Source: an uncultured bacterium
Lineage (GTDB): Bacteria > Actinomycetota > Acidimicrobiia > Spongiisociales > UBA4744
Direction of reading: 5' to 3'
Assembly: GCA_965549635.1 (NCBI GenBank)
Contig: CBEVHI010000001.1
Span: forward strand, 1-46,201
Length of the DNA: 46,201 nucleotides
The translations under genes and the position numbers were made by a program. Below, in pieces: positions 28,329 through 36,299 of this stretch. Below the pieces are notes generated by a model that made no database searches, was not told where the DNA came from, and saw only the letters and a program-made list of their open reading frames with translations. Position 1 is the first letter of the stretch. Each line of letters starts with the position of its first letter.

Positions 28329-30539
28329 TCAGGAAGACAATGTTGCGATGTCCTCGGGTCGGAGCGGCAGCCGGGTGAGGTCGCGTCCAGTGGCAGCGCG
28401 AACGGCTGCAGCGACGGCAGCCGTTGAAGAGATGGAGGGAAGCTCCGCGAAGCCTTTGGCACCGAACGGACCCCAGCTTCCCGGCTGTTCCACGATGACG
28501 GCTTCCACCGGCGGCATGTCTTCGATCGTGGGAAGGAGGTAGTCGGTGAAGGTCGGGTTCTTGATGACACCATTGTCGAGAATGACTTCTTCGAGAAGCG
28601 CCATCCCGAATCCTTGAGCGATCCCCCCCTCGATCTGTCCAACCACCTGAACCGGGTTCAGCATTCTGCCGACGTCCTGGGCCGTGTCGATCCGCACAAC
28701 CCGCACCAGCCCCAGCTCCGGGTCCACGTCGACGACCGCCCTGTGTGCCGCGACACAGAAGTCGACATGAACGTCCCCCTGGCCGTTCTCATCGGGAGGC
28801 TCCGTGTCGGGATGCCGGAACCGCACCTCGGCCACGATCGGAGCGTCGGCGCAGAGCTCGGCCCAAGATGCGACCAGGCGATCTCCCTTTCTCACGCCTT
28901 CGTCGTCCAGTGTGTCGCCTCCGGCTCGCTCCAAGGCTTGGGATCGTGCTTCTCGAGCGGCTTGCTCCACCGCTCCCCCGGCCATTTGGGTCTGCCTCGA
29001 CGCCGAGGAGGAACCGGCGGAGCCGATGTGGGCGGTGTCGTCCCACACGACTTCCACCCGGTCCATGCCCAGAACGCTCCTGGCGATCTGCATCAGGACG
29101 GTCACCATGCCCTGCCCCACCTCTGCTGCGGCGGTGTGCACCTTGGCACCATCGGCGGTGATCTCCACGCGCGCGTCCGCGAAGTCGTCAAATCCTTCCG
29201 AGAATGCCAGGTTCTTGATCCCGACCGCGTAGCCGACACCTCTCACCACTGCGCCCGGTGGTGTCGTCAGCCCGCTGCCACCGGGGAGACGATCTGTTTC
29301 GTCGCCGGGAAGGGGGATCGCCATCACCGACCGGATCACTTCTTCCGTCGGCAGCGGCTCCGTGATCACCTGCCCGCTGGTGGCGAGGCGGTCACCGGGG
29401 TGCAGGGCATTGCGGAGACGCAGCTCGAGCGGATCCACGCCCAGTGCCGCTGCGAGTCGATCCATCTGTGCCTCGTAGGCAAAGCAGACCTGGTTGGCGC
29501 CGAATCCTCGCATCGCGCCGGTCGGCGGATTGTTGGTTCGTACGGCATACCCTTCGACAAACGTGTTCGGGCAGCGGTACGGGCCGACCGTGAAGTACAC
29601 CGCGTTGGCGAGCACCGCGTCCGTCGTGTTCGCGTAGGCACCACCGTCGAGCAGCAACTTGGCTTCGACGCGCACCAGCGTGCCTGCTTCGTCGCACTCA
29701 TGCCGGTACCACATGTGTGCGCTGTGGCGCTTCACGTGACCGGTGAAACTCTCGAACCGGTTGAACACCATCTTGACGGGACGTCCGGTGTGCAAGGCCA
29801 GCATGCACAAGTGGGTGTGCAGACTCAGATCTTCACGCGACCCAAAGGCTCCCCCGAGCCCGGTCGGGTGGACGCGAACTTGTCCCGGATCCAGTGCCAG
29901 GCATCGCGTGAGCTGTTCGTGGTCGACATGGATCCACTGGGAGGGTGGATACAGATCGACGCCACCTGCGCCGTCGGGGATGGCGATACCGGCCTCGGTC
30001 CCCAGGGGCGCCTGATCGATGTTCGGGGTTTCGTAGTAGCCCTCGATCACTACCGAACCGTGCGCGGCCGGATCGCCCCGGCGGATCGTCATGTGGCGAA
30101 ACACCTCTCCCCTGTCGAGCGCCTCCTCGAGATCTGTCAACGGTTCGAGCGGCTCGAGTTCGACAACGATCGCATCGGCCGCCGCCCGGGCGAGGTCCCG
30201 GTTGTCTGCTGCCACGATGGCGACCGCCTCCCCCCAATACCTGATCTCGCCTTCGGCGAGGACCGGTTGATCCTGGACGATCTGCCCCTGGTAGCCGAAG
30301 CCGGGCACATCGTTCTGGGTGAGGACCGCCTGCACACCCGGCATGGCGAGCGCCGGGGTGACATCGATGGCGACAATGCGGGCTCGCGCAACGTACGCCC
30401 TCCTCGTGGCTCCCCACAACATTTCTTCCGCGTGGAGATCGCCGACATACGCGAAGGTTCCCGTGACTTTCGGTACGCCGTCCGGCCGCTGGACGGACTC
30501 GCCAACGCCACCTCTGACACGACGGTCGACGATGGTCAT
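28329..30539 (-). CDS. xanthine dehydrogenase-family molybdopterin-binding large subunit
   Basis: About 736 aa. N-terminus G.SV.R.DG..KVTG.F.Y..D, with GGAFGSRE and AMRGFG motifs. ATG at 30539 forms an ATGA overlap with the 2Fe-2S subunit stop. Confidence 0.9.
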   Translation of the reverse strand: MTIVDRRVRGGVGESVQRPDGVPKVTGTFAYVGDLHAEEMLWGATRRAYVARARIVAIDVTPALAMPGVQAVLTQNDVPGFGYQGQIVQDQPVLAEGEIRYWGEAVAIVAADNRDLARAAADAIVVELEPLEPLTDLEEALDRGEVFRHMTIRRGDPAAHGSVVIEGYYETPNIDQAPLGTEAGIAIPDGAGGVDLYPPSQWIHVDHEQLTRCLALDPGQVRVHPTGLGGAFGSREDLSLHTHLCMLALHTGRPVKMVFNRFESFTGHVKRHSAHMWYRHECDEAGTLVRVEAKLLLDGGAYANTTDAVLANAVYFTVGPYRCPNTFVEGYAVRTNNPPTGAMRGFGANQVCFAYEAQMDRLAAALGVDPLELRLRNALHPGDRLATSGQVITEPLPTEEVIRSVMAIPLPGDETDRLPGGSGLTTPPGAVVRGVGYAVGIKNLAFSEGFDDFADARVEITADGAKVHTAAAEVGQGMVTVLMQIARSVLGMDRVEVVWDDTAHIGSAGSSSASRQTQMAGGAVEQAAREARSQALERAGGDTLDDEGVRKGDRLVASWAELCADAPIVAEVRFRHPDTEPPDENGQGDVHVDFCVAAHRAVVDVDPELGLVRVVRIDTAQDVGRMLNPVQVVGQIEGGIAQGFGMALLEEVILDNGVIKNPTFTDYLLPTIEDMPPVEAVIVEQPGSWGPFGAKGFAELPSISSTAAVAAAVRAATGRDLTRLPLRPEDIATLSS

Positions 30540-30976
30540 TGCGTCCCCATCACGGCCCTGATGATGGACCCATAGCCGGTGCATCGACAGAGGTTGCCCG
30601 CGAGCGCCTCACGGACGTCCGCCTCGCTCGGGTGGGGATTGTGTTCGAGCAGGTTCGCCGCCGACATCACGATCCCCGGAGTGCAGTACCCACACTGTGC
30701 TCCACCGGTCTCCAGCAATGCCTCCTGAACGGGGTGCAACGTGCCTTCGGAGGTGATCCCTTCAATCGTGACGATCTCGGACCCGGCAGCATCGGCGGCC
30801 ATCACGAGACACGAGCACACCGTCACACCGTCCATGAGGACGGTGCACGATCCACACTCACCCTGCTCGCAGGCGTCTTTTGCTCCATACAGCCCGAGTT
30901 CGTCGCGCAGGAGACGCAGCAGACTCTCCGTACCGGCGGCCTCCACCGTGACCGTCTCGCCGTTGATCCGGAGCAT
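30536..30976 (-). CDS. (2Fe-2S)-binding small subunit of the molybdenum hydroxylase
   Basis: MLRINGE...C.QGECGSCTV....V.SC and the second cluster CGYCTPG....C.C.GY. Start re-set to ATG 30976, which forms an ATGA overlap with the FAD subunit stop. The track N-terminus is an Arg-rich artefact. Confidence 0.92.
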   Translation of the reverse strand: MLRINGETVTVEAAGTESLLRLLRDELGLYGAKDACEQGECGSCTVLMDGVTVCSCLVMAADAAGSEIVTIEGITSEGTLHPVQEALLETGGAQCGYCTPGIVMSAANLLEHNPHPSEADVREALAGNLCRCTGYGSIIRAVMGTQ

Positions 30977-31776
30977 CACAGCAGACGCTCCAGGGTTCTG
31001 CGGGCGATGACACCGACAGCGTGCCGCCGGTATTCGGCCGTTGAGCGATGATCGGTGATCGGCTGCGCCGCCTCGGAGACGAGACGCTGGAACTCGTCGA
31101 GCGCGGTAGTTGTCGGATGGGACTCGGCGGAGATCATCTCCTCCGCTGCGTGCGCCCGGATCACCGTCGGAGCCACTGCTCCGAGAGCAACTCGCGTGCG
31201 GCCGTCGTCGTAGCGGACGACGCACGCCGAGACAACGGCAATCACCATGGCGGCGCGTGGGCCGACCTTGGAGAACCCCTGTCTGGGTGGCAGGTCTTCG
31301 GGCAGCTTCACTCCTTCGATGATCTCCCCCGGCTGCAGGCTGGTCTGCTTGACGCCGACGAAGAACTCATTCCATGGCGTCTCTCTGCGTCCAAGGCGTT
31401 TCGAACGGGTGACGATCGAAGCGTCCATCGCTGCGAGGAACGGCAAGGTGTCGCCGGCAGGGCTGCCGGTGGCGATATTGCCGCCGATGGTTCCCGTGTT
31501 GCGGATCTGCGGTGAACCGATGGTTCGTGCTGCCTCTGCCAGTCCGGGCCATGGACTGTTCTCCAATCGCGCGTGGGTGACCCCGGCGCCAATCCAGTGC
31601 TCGGAGAGACCCAGCAGCTCTTCGACTCGACGAAGGGCGACAACCGAGTCTGGGCGTCGGAACCCGAAGTTGATCTCCACCATCAGGTCGGTGCCTCCGG
31701 CCAGACAGATGGCACCCGGGTCCTGCGCAAGCGCGTCGAGTGCTTCGGTGAGCGCCACGGGCGCCACTATCTTCAA
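30976..31776 (-). CDS. FAD-binding (CoxM/XdhB-like) medium subunit of the molybdenum hydroxylase
   Basis: Only the C-terminal ~266 aa of the 679-aa track ORF look like protein: LAGGTDLMVE, IRNTGTIGGNIA and the CO-dehydrogenase flavoprotein C-terminal region. Start proposed at TTG 31776 (LKIVAPV). GTG 31767 is an alternative. Confidence 0.82.
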   Translation of the reverse strand: MKIVAPVALTEALDALAQDPGAICLAGGTDLMVEINFGFRRPDSVVALRRVEELLGLSEHWIGAGVTHARLENSPWPGLAEAARTIGSPQIRNTGTIGGNIATGSPAGDTLPFLAAMDASIVTRSKRLGRRETPWNEFFVGVKQTSLQPGEIIEGVKLPEDLPPRQGFSKVGPRAAMVIAVVSACVVRYDDGRTRVALGAVAPTVIRAHAAEEMISAESHPTTTALDEFQRLVSEAAQPITDHRSTAEYRRHAVGVIARRTLERLL

Positions 31777-31809
31777 CCCAGGTCCCTTTCGATCTACCCT
31801 GCAGGCTAC

Positions 31810-32478
31810 ATGAATATCGACGAGACCCTCGGCAGCTGTGAACTCGAACTGGCGGCAGATCGCGGCCCCAACTTGAGAGCGCTCGGGTTCTGGCGTGCCG
31901 TCGCCGAAGTCAAGCGTCGACCCGAGCTCGCGGCGACCTATGCGGACCGCATTGCGGAGATCGACCGTGCCGCGTTTGCACGCTGGGCGCTCGTCACCGT
32001 CCCGCTCGGCCTCGGCACGACACTGATGATCTTGGGTACCGTGCTCGGTCTTGCGGTCACCTCTGCCGGGTACTTCCTCGACTCCCCTTGGAACGGGCTG
32101 GCGATCCTGATCGGGACGGGCATCCTGCTGGTCCCCACCCACGGGTTGGGCCACCTGATCGTCGGCCGTCTCCTCGGCATCGGCTTCACCGGCTGGTTCA
32201 TCGGCACATGGAAGATGCCCCAACCGGGCGTCAAACTGGACTACCGCTCCTACCTGCGCGCCTCTCCCCGGGCTCGAGCATGGATGCATGCTTCGGGGGC
32301 GATCGTCACCAAACTCATCCCCTTCCTGAACCTGGGTGCGGCCTGGGGTGCCGGCGTTCCAGGGTGGACCATGTGGACGCTCGTGATCCTGGGGGTCGTG
32401 ATGATCTTGACCGACGTTCTGTGGTCGACGAAAGCGTCGGACTGGAAGAAGTTCCGCAGAGAACTCCGCTACGTCTGA
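31810..32478 (+). CDS. hypothetical polytopic membrane protein with an HGLGH motif
   Basis: About 222 aa from ATG 31810. It has several clear hydrophobic helices and natural-looking composition. It is divergent from the hydroxylase operon. The minus-strand 679-aa ORF covering it is Arg/Pro/Gly-rich junk in this stretch. Confidence 0.55.
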   Translation: MNIDETLGSCELELAADRGPNLRALGFWRAVAEVKRRPELAATYADRIAEIDRAAFARWALVTVPLGLGTTLMILGTVLGLAVTSAGYFLDSPWNGLAILIGTGILLVPTHGLGHLIVGRLLGIGFTGWFIGTWKMPQPGVKLDYRSYLRASPRARAWMHASGAIVTKLIPFLNLGAAWGAGVPGWTMWTLVILGVVMILTDVLWSTKASDWKKFRRELRYV

Positions 32479-33464
32479 AGCACCGCGGCGCCGTGCACCC
32501 TGCCGTCTTTGAGATCGACGAGCGCCTGGTTCGCTTCGGCGAGCGGGTACACCTGAATCTGGGTGCGGATCGGTATCTCGGCGGCCAGCCTGAGGAACGC
32601 TCGAGCATCGTCTCTGGTGAAGTTGGCGACGCTGCGAATCTGCCGCTCCAACCAGAGATCGTCGTAGCTGAAGGCGGGCATCTGGTCGAGGTGAATGGCG
32701 TTGATCGCCACGACCCCGCCGCGGTCCAGTGACTTCAAAGCCTCGACGACGACCTGCCCGACCGGGGCAAACGTAACCGCAGCATCCAGAGGTACCGGAG
32801 GTCTCTCCTCGTAGGGACCGGCCCAGACGGCACCAAGTTCCATTGCCCGCCGGCGCTCGATCTGCGATCGAGTCGCAACATAGACGTCGCATCCCCAGTA
32901 CAGGGCGACTTGCAACGCCAACAGGGCCGATGCCCCGAACCCATAGAGTCCAAGTCGGCCCCCCGGCTGAATGCCACTCACCTTCAAGGCGCGGTAGCCG
33001 ATCACACCGCCACACAAGAGCGGCGCGACTTCGAGATCGTCCATGCTGTCGGGCAACGCGAAGGCAAGATCACCGTCGACCACCACACGTTCTGCGTACC
33101 CACCATCCCGGTCCCATCCGGTGAAGATCGCCTCCTCGCACAGGTTCTCCCTTCCGGTGGTACAGAAGCGACAACTGCCGCAGAACCCTCCAAGCCATCC
33201 GACCCCGACACGCTCGCCGGGTGCCCACCCACGGACACCCTCCCCAACTCGGAGCACTCTTCCGACAATCTGATGTCCGGGGATCATCGGAAGCTTGTCC
33301 ATCCCGAGGTCTCCCTCGACCTCCTGCAGATCGGTTCGGCAGACGCCGCAGGCGGCAACCTCCAAGAGCAGCTCTCCCTCGCCAGGAGAGGGGTCGGCGA
33401 CCTCTTGCAACGTCAGCGGCCCCGTGTCGACCGCCGCAGGATCGTGCAGCATCTGTGCGCGCAT
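32469..33464 (-). CDS. zinc-dependent alcohol dehydrogenase family oxidoreductase
   Basis: Contains GVCRTDLQ, GHQIVG and the structural-zinc motif C..C..C......C (GSCRFCTTGRENLC), plus a Rossmann G.GA.A loop. Start chosen at ATG 33464 (MRAQMLHDP). Confidence 0.85.
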   Translation of the reverse strand: MRAQMLHDPAAVDTGPLTLQEVADPSPGEGELLLEVAACGVCRTDLQEVEGDLGMDKLPMIPGHQIVGRVLRVGEGVRGWAPGERVGVGWLGGFCGSCRFCTTGRENLCEEAIFTGWDRDGGYAERVVVDGDLAFALPDSMDDLEVAPLLCGGVIGYRALKVSGIQPGGRLGLYGFGASALLALQVALYWGCDVYVATRSQIERRRAMELGAVWAGPYEERPPVPLDAAVTFAPVGQVVVEALKSLDRGGVVAINAIHLDQMPAFSYDDLWLERQIRSVANFTRDDARAFLRLAAEIPIRTQIQVYPLAEANQALVDLKDGRVHGAAVLQT

Positions 33465-33515
33465 ATCGTCACGAAGGCTACCTGCCAAGGCTGCTTCCGA
33501 ACGGCGTCGACCGAC

Positions 33516-34988
33516 TCAGCCCAGCTTGGCCAGAAGCCCCGTCTTCTCGTTGAACGCCTCGATGCGGCGATCCATCTCCCCGACCTCACTCTGGATCGAC
33601 GTCCAGTAGTCGTCCTCATACCACTGCGCCTGGATCTCCTCGTAGGTCTTCCCCTGCTGTTCGACCCAGGTGTAGTACTTGAGGTTGTGGATCCGCTTGC
33701 GTCCCCAATAGTCGAGCTCGACCATCGCGTCCGTGGTCGTCCCCATCAGGTAACGCTCGTAGGCGGTCACGGCGTCATCACGCGTGAACTCACCTCGCTC
33801 CTCGTTGAGCTCGGTCAACCTCGACTGGTACATCTCGACGGAGTCGGTGGCGACGGTCATGACGACGTCATGGCCGTCCATTTCGTTCCACTTGGCGAAC
33901 TTGATCGATGACAGCATGTTGGCGATGCTCGAGATCCCCAACAGTGGCAGCTGCTCGACGAATGCCTCCGGCACGCCTCGCTCGACCAGGTAGTCCTGGC
34001 CGACCGGCTCGTTGAAGAGGCGCAGGAGCTGCATCGTCGCCTCGTCGTCGATGGCGGTGACGAAGTCGGTGTTCTTGGCGTTGTGAATCCACGGCACGTG
34101 CTTGTCGCCGATTCCTTCGATGCGATGTGCACCGAATCCGTTGTCGAGCAACGTGGGACATTGCAGCGCTTCACTGGCAACGATCTTGGACGTCGGATAG
34201 TGCTGCTTCATGTAGTCGCCCGATCCGATGGTTCCCGCGGATCCGGTGGTCAGCGCCACGCCTCGATACCGATCACCGGCGTCCATCACCTGCTCGAGAA
34301 CCTCGACCATGGCCGGGCCGGTGATGGTGTAGTGCCAGAGGTAGTTTCCGAACTCGTCGAACTGGTTGAAGATCACGACGTCTTCTCCGGAAGCCTTCAA
34401 CTCCCAGGTCTTGTCGAAGATCTCCTTGACGTTGCTCTCGGTTCCCGGCGTCGCGATCACTTCCCCGGCGACCGTCGCCAGCCACTCGAAGCGTTCCTTG
34501 CTCATCCCCTCCGGCAGGATCGCCACCGAGTCGCACGCAAGCAGATGCGAGTCGTAGGCCCCGCCTCTGCAGTAGTTCCCCGTGGATGGCCAGACGGCTT
34601 TCTGGCTTGTCGGGTCGAACTGGCCGGTCACGAGCCGTGGCACCAGGCAGCCAAACGCAGCTCCGACCTTGTGCGCACCGGTCGGAAACCACTTGCCGAC
34701 CAGCGAGACGACACGCGCTTGGGTTCCGGTGAGCTCCTTCGGATACTCGATGAAGTTGACCCCTCCGAAACCGCCACCGGTGGAGACCGGTTCGTTCTTC
34801 CATGTGATCCTGAACAGGTTGATCGGGTCGAGATCCCAGAGGCCCACACCCTGCAACCTCTGCTTCACCGCGGCCGGAATCAGACGCGGGTCGCGCTGCT
34901 GTGCGAACGTCGGGATGAGGATGCTGCGCTCGATGGCGCGCTGTACGGCCCGCTCCAGCGGACCTTCGTGGACGGTGAGGTCGATCAT
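33516..34988 (-). CDS. fold-type II (CysK/CBS/TrpB-like) PLP-dependent enzyme with N- and C-terminal extensions; specificity unknown
   Basis: About 490 aa. A candidate PLP lysine sits in PTGAHKVGAA, a phosphate loop in TTGSAGTIGSG, and HRIEGIGDKHVP matches the CysK/CBS (I/V)EGIG motif. ATG 34988 is preceded by GGAGAAGGAA. Confidence 0.7.
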   Translation of the reverse strand: MIDLTVHEGPLERAVQRAIERSILIPTFAQQRDPRLIPAAVKQRLQGVGLWDLDPINLFRITWKNEPVSTGGGFGGVNFIEYPKELTGTQARVVSLVGKWFPTGAHKVGAAFGCLVPRLVTGQFDPTSQKAVWPSTGNYCRGGAYDSHLLACDSVAILPEGMSKERFEWLATVAGEVIATPGTESNVKEIFDKTWELKASGEDVVIFNQFDEFGNYLWHYTITGPAMVEVLEQVMDAGDRYRGVALTTGSAGTIGSGDYMKQHYPTSKIVASEALQCPTLLDNGFGAHRIEGIGDKHVPWIHNAKNTDFVTAIDDEATMQLLRLFNEPVGQDYLVERGVPEAFVEQLPLLGISSIANMLSSIKFAKWNEMDGHDVVMTVATDSVEMYQSRLTELNEERGEFTRDDAVTAYERYLMGTTTDAMVELDYWGRKRIHNLKYYTWVEQQGKTYEEIQAQWYEDDYWTSIQSEVGEMDRRIEAFNEKTGLLAKLG

Positions 34989-35004
34989 TTCCTTCTCCAA
35001 TCAA

Positions 35005-35046
35005 TGCGTGCTTCGTACTTCGTACTTTGTACCTCGTACTTCGTAT
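35005..35046 (-). repeat. five perfect-phase plus one degenerate tandem heptad (GTACGAA type) in the ThrC-like/CysK-like intercistronic region; candidate cis-regulatory element
   Basis: Plus strand reads TGCGTGC TTCGTAC TTCGTAC TTTGTAC CTCGTAC TTCGTAT. The mRNA strand reads AUACGAA GUACGAG GUACAAA GUACGAA GUACGAA GCACGCA. The array ends about 17 nt before the RBS/ATG at 34988. Confidence 0.7.
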
Positions 35047-35066
35047 GGCGATAGCGCCAAGCCGGC

Positions 35067-36299
35067 TCACGGGGCTTCCATCACCGCCTGTACGGCTTCC
35101 AAGGTGGGGGGGATCTCGTACGGAGCGCTGCCTGCGCTGCCCGCTGCTCTCACCGCGGACGCAATGTCCTTCAGACCGCTTCCGGTATTGAGCACGACGA
35201 CCCTGTCATCGGCGGTGAGGAGGCCGAGGTTTTGCGCCTTGATCATGCCTGCGTACGCCGCGGCGCCCGCAGGTTCACCGAACACTCCGGCGGCCCTCGC
35301 CATCGCCGGAATCGCGGCCAGAATCTCTTCGTCTTCGACGGTCACGTAGGCACCGTCCGTCTCGATGACCGCGGCCATGGCCTTGATCCGGTCTCTCGGC
35401 AGGCCGGCGGATATGGAGTCGGCCACGGTCTGCGCCTCGATCGCAGGCTTGGTCAGCACATCCTCACCGGACTCCCAGGCCTGGGCCATGTAGCTGCTGC
35501 CCGTAGCCTGGACGCCGATCAGCCTCGGCATGCGGTCGATCCACCCCAATGCGAGCAGATCCTTGAAGCCTTTGTGGAGTCCGCCGATGATGCAACCGTC
35601 TCCGACGCTCACCAGCACGACACTCGGAACTTCCCAGCCGAGCTGTTCGGCGATCTCGTAGGCCGCCGTCTTCTTGCCTTCGCTCATATAGGGGTTGTAG
35701 GCCGTGTTGCGGTTGTACCAGCCGTACTCGTCTGCGACCTGCAAACACAGCTCGAACGCATCGTCATACGAGCCCTGCACAGTAAACACGGTGGAGCCGA
35801 AGACCAGGAGTTGGGCGATCTTGGCTTCAGGAGCAGAGCGCGGAACGAAGATCACATTCTGGAGACCTACCGAAGCCGACAGCCCACTCAGCGCCGCAGC
35901 GGCATTCCCTGTGGACGCGGTGGTGACAACCTCTGCCCCCTTCTCGCGGGCCTTGACGATGGCAATCGCGCTCGCCCGGTCCTTGAACGACGCCGTCGGT
36001 TCCCTTCCGCCGTCCTTGACCCACAGCCGGGCCAGCCCCGTTGCCTGGATCTCGTACATTGGCGTCCAGCCCACTTTCAGCGGAGGAACGGCCGCGTCGG
36101 CTTCAATCGGCAGAAGCGGCCGGTACCTCCACATGGACCAGTCCGCGCCGAGGTCACCCCTGCCGACACGGATCGCGTCGTAGTCGTAGAGCACATCCAG
36201 GATGCCTTCGTTGCCATGGTCGGGACAGACGTACTCGACCTCGTCGGGCGCGTAGACCTTTCCGCAGATCATGCAGCGCAGACCCGTGACGTGGCTCAT
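35067..36299 (-). CDS. threonine synthase-like PLP-dependent enzyme with an N-terminal zinc ribbon
   Basis: About 410 aa from ATG 36299, which forms an ATGA overlap with the carbamate kinase stop. It has a CMICG...CPDHG ribbon, the PLP lysine motif PTASFKDR and a GNAAAA loop. The layout matches short ThrC enzymes. Confidence 0.85.
   Translation of the reverse strand: MSHVTGLRCMICGKVYAPDEVEYVCPDHGNEGILDVLYDYDAIRVGRGDLGADWSMWRYRPLLPIEADAAVPPLKVGWTPMYEIQATGLARLWVKDGGREPTASFKDRASAIAIVKAREKGAEVVTTASTGNAAAALSGLSASVGLQNVIFVPRSAPEAKIAQLLVFGSTVFTVQGSYDDAFELCLQVADEYGWYNRNTAYNPYMSEGKKTAAYEIAEQLGWEVPSVVLVSVGDGCIIGGLHKGFKDLLALGWIDRMPRLIGVQATGSSYMAQAWESGEDVLTKPAIEAQTVADSISAGLPRDRIKAMAAVIETDGAYVTVEDEEILAAIPAMARAAGVFGEPAGAAAYAGMIKAQNLGLLTADDRVVVLNTGSGLKDIASAVRAAGSAGSAPYEIPPTLEAVQAVMEAP

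Noticed and set aside
28614-30575. 653-aa plus-strand ORF antisense to the Mo-hydroxylase large subunit
   Set aside because: A typical high-GC shadow ORF. Its composition is dominated by R/G/H/P/D, it has no recognisable motif, and it lies fully inside a gene with clear family signatures on the other strand.
31777-33015. N-terminal ~410 aa of the 679-aa minus-strand ORF 30976..33015
   Set aside because: This part is Arg/Pro/Gly/Ser-rich nonsense with no domain-like motifs. It overlaps a convincing plus-strand membrane protein and, in another frame, the Zn-ADH gene. Only the last ~266 aa (the FAD-binding subunit) look real.
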